The notes below the pieces were generated by a model. The model worked only from the letters and a program-made list of their open reading frames with translations. It was not told the origin of the DNA and searched no databases. The position numbers were made by a program, and so were the translations under genes. A stretch of DNA of 62,353 nucleotides, counting the filler, from Choristocarpus tenellus KU-1152 (Eukaryota; Protista; Phaeophyceae), in the NCBI GenBank assembly GCA_964200185.2. It is 11 parts of 11 records of this genome, joined end to end, with 100 filler letters (N's around TTAATTAATTAA, not from the genome) between each part and the next. Parts side by side here need not be neighbours in the genome. Positions count along the whole stretch, not along the records: positions 59,822 to 62,353 come from CAXNAD020027003.1; 10 more parts are not named here. One strand, written 5' to 3'. Shown here piece by piece: positions 62,265-62,353 of the stretch; position 1 is the first letter of the stretch, and each line of letters begins with the position of its first letter.

Positions 62265-62353
62265 GGGTCAAAGTATCTGGGGGGGGGGGGGGGGGGGGGG
62301 GGGGGCCGTCCCTTTGGGGCCAATTTTTTCGTGGGCGGGTTTTTGGGTGGTTT
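62265..62353 (+). mobile_element. MITE family B left part, running off the window
   Basis: GGGTCAAAGTATCTG(G)n..GTCCCTTTGGGGCCAATTTTTTC matches 21568 onward. Confidence 0.8.

Overview
Eukaryotic, intron-rich, repeat-rich genomic DNA, most likely a stramenopile and probably a brown alga or close relative (inferred from the CRE/RLE-type LINE and Ty3 element wording, interstitial TTAGGG runs and long introns). It is not one locus: 11 contigs are joined by ten artificial 100-nt linkers (N44-TTAATTAATTAA-N44), so adjacency across linkers is meaningless. Supported content: (1) four minus-strand exons of a C9orf78/TLS1/CSU2 (Hep_59)-like splicing factor; (2) a decayed Ty3/Gypsy chromovirus pol (PR-RT-RH-IN-chromo) interrupted by a 258-bp MITE with a clean 4-bp TSD; (3) several related TIR MITE families with a Sola-like signature; (4) a frameshifted exon resembling DUF3638/DUF3645 giant proteins; (5) an intronless P-class PPR gene with 18 in-frame repeats plus about 3.5 decayed repeats, organised as a 3-repeat higher-order unit; (6) remnants of an RLE-type non-LTR retrotransposon and a Tc1/IS630-like transposase; (7) three exons of a CAMK/CDPK-type kinase and exons of unknown genes; (8) many mini- and microsatellites. 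The best candidate for something undescribed is the triplet-periodic PPR array with its eroding 3' tail and apparent CpG-decay gradient. No prokaryotic-type system (CRISPR, operon) is supported. All family assignments are from motif recognition by eye; no searches were run.
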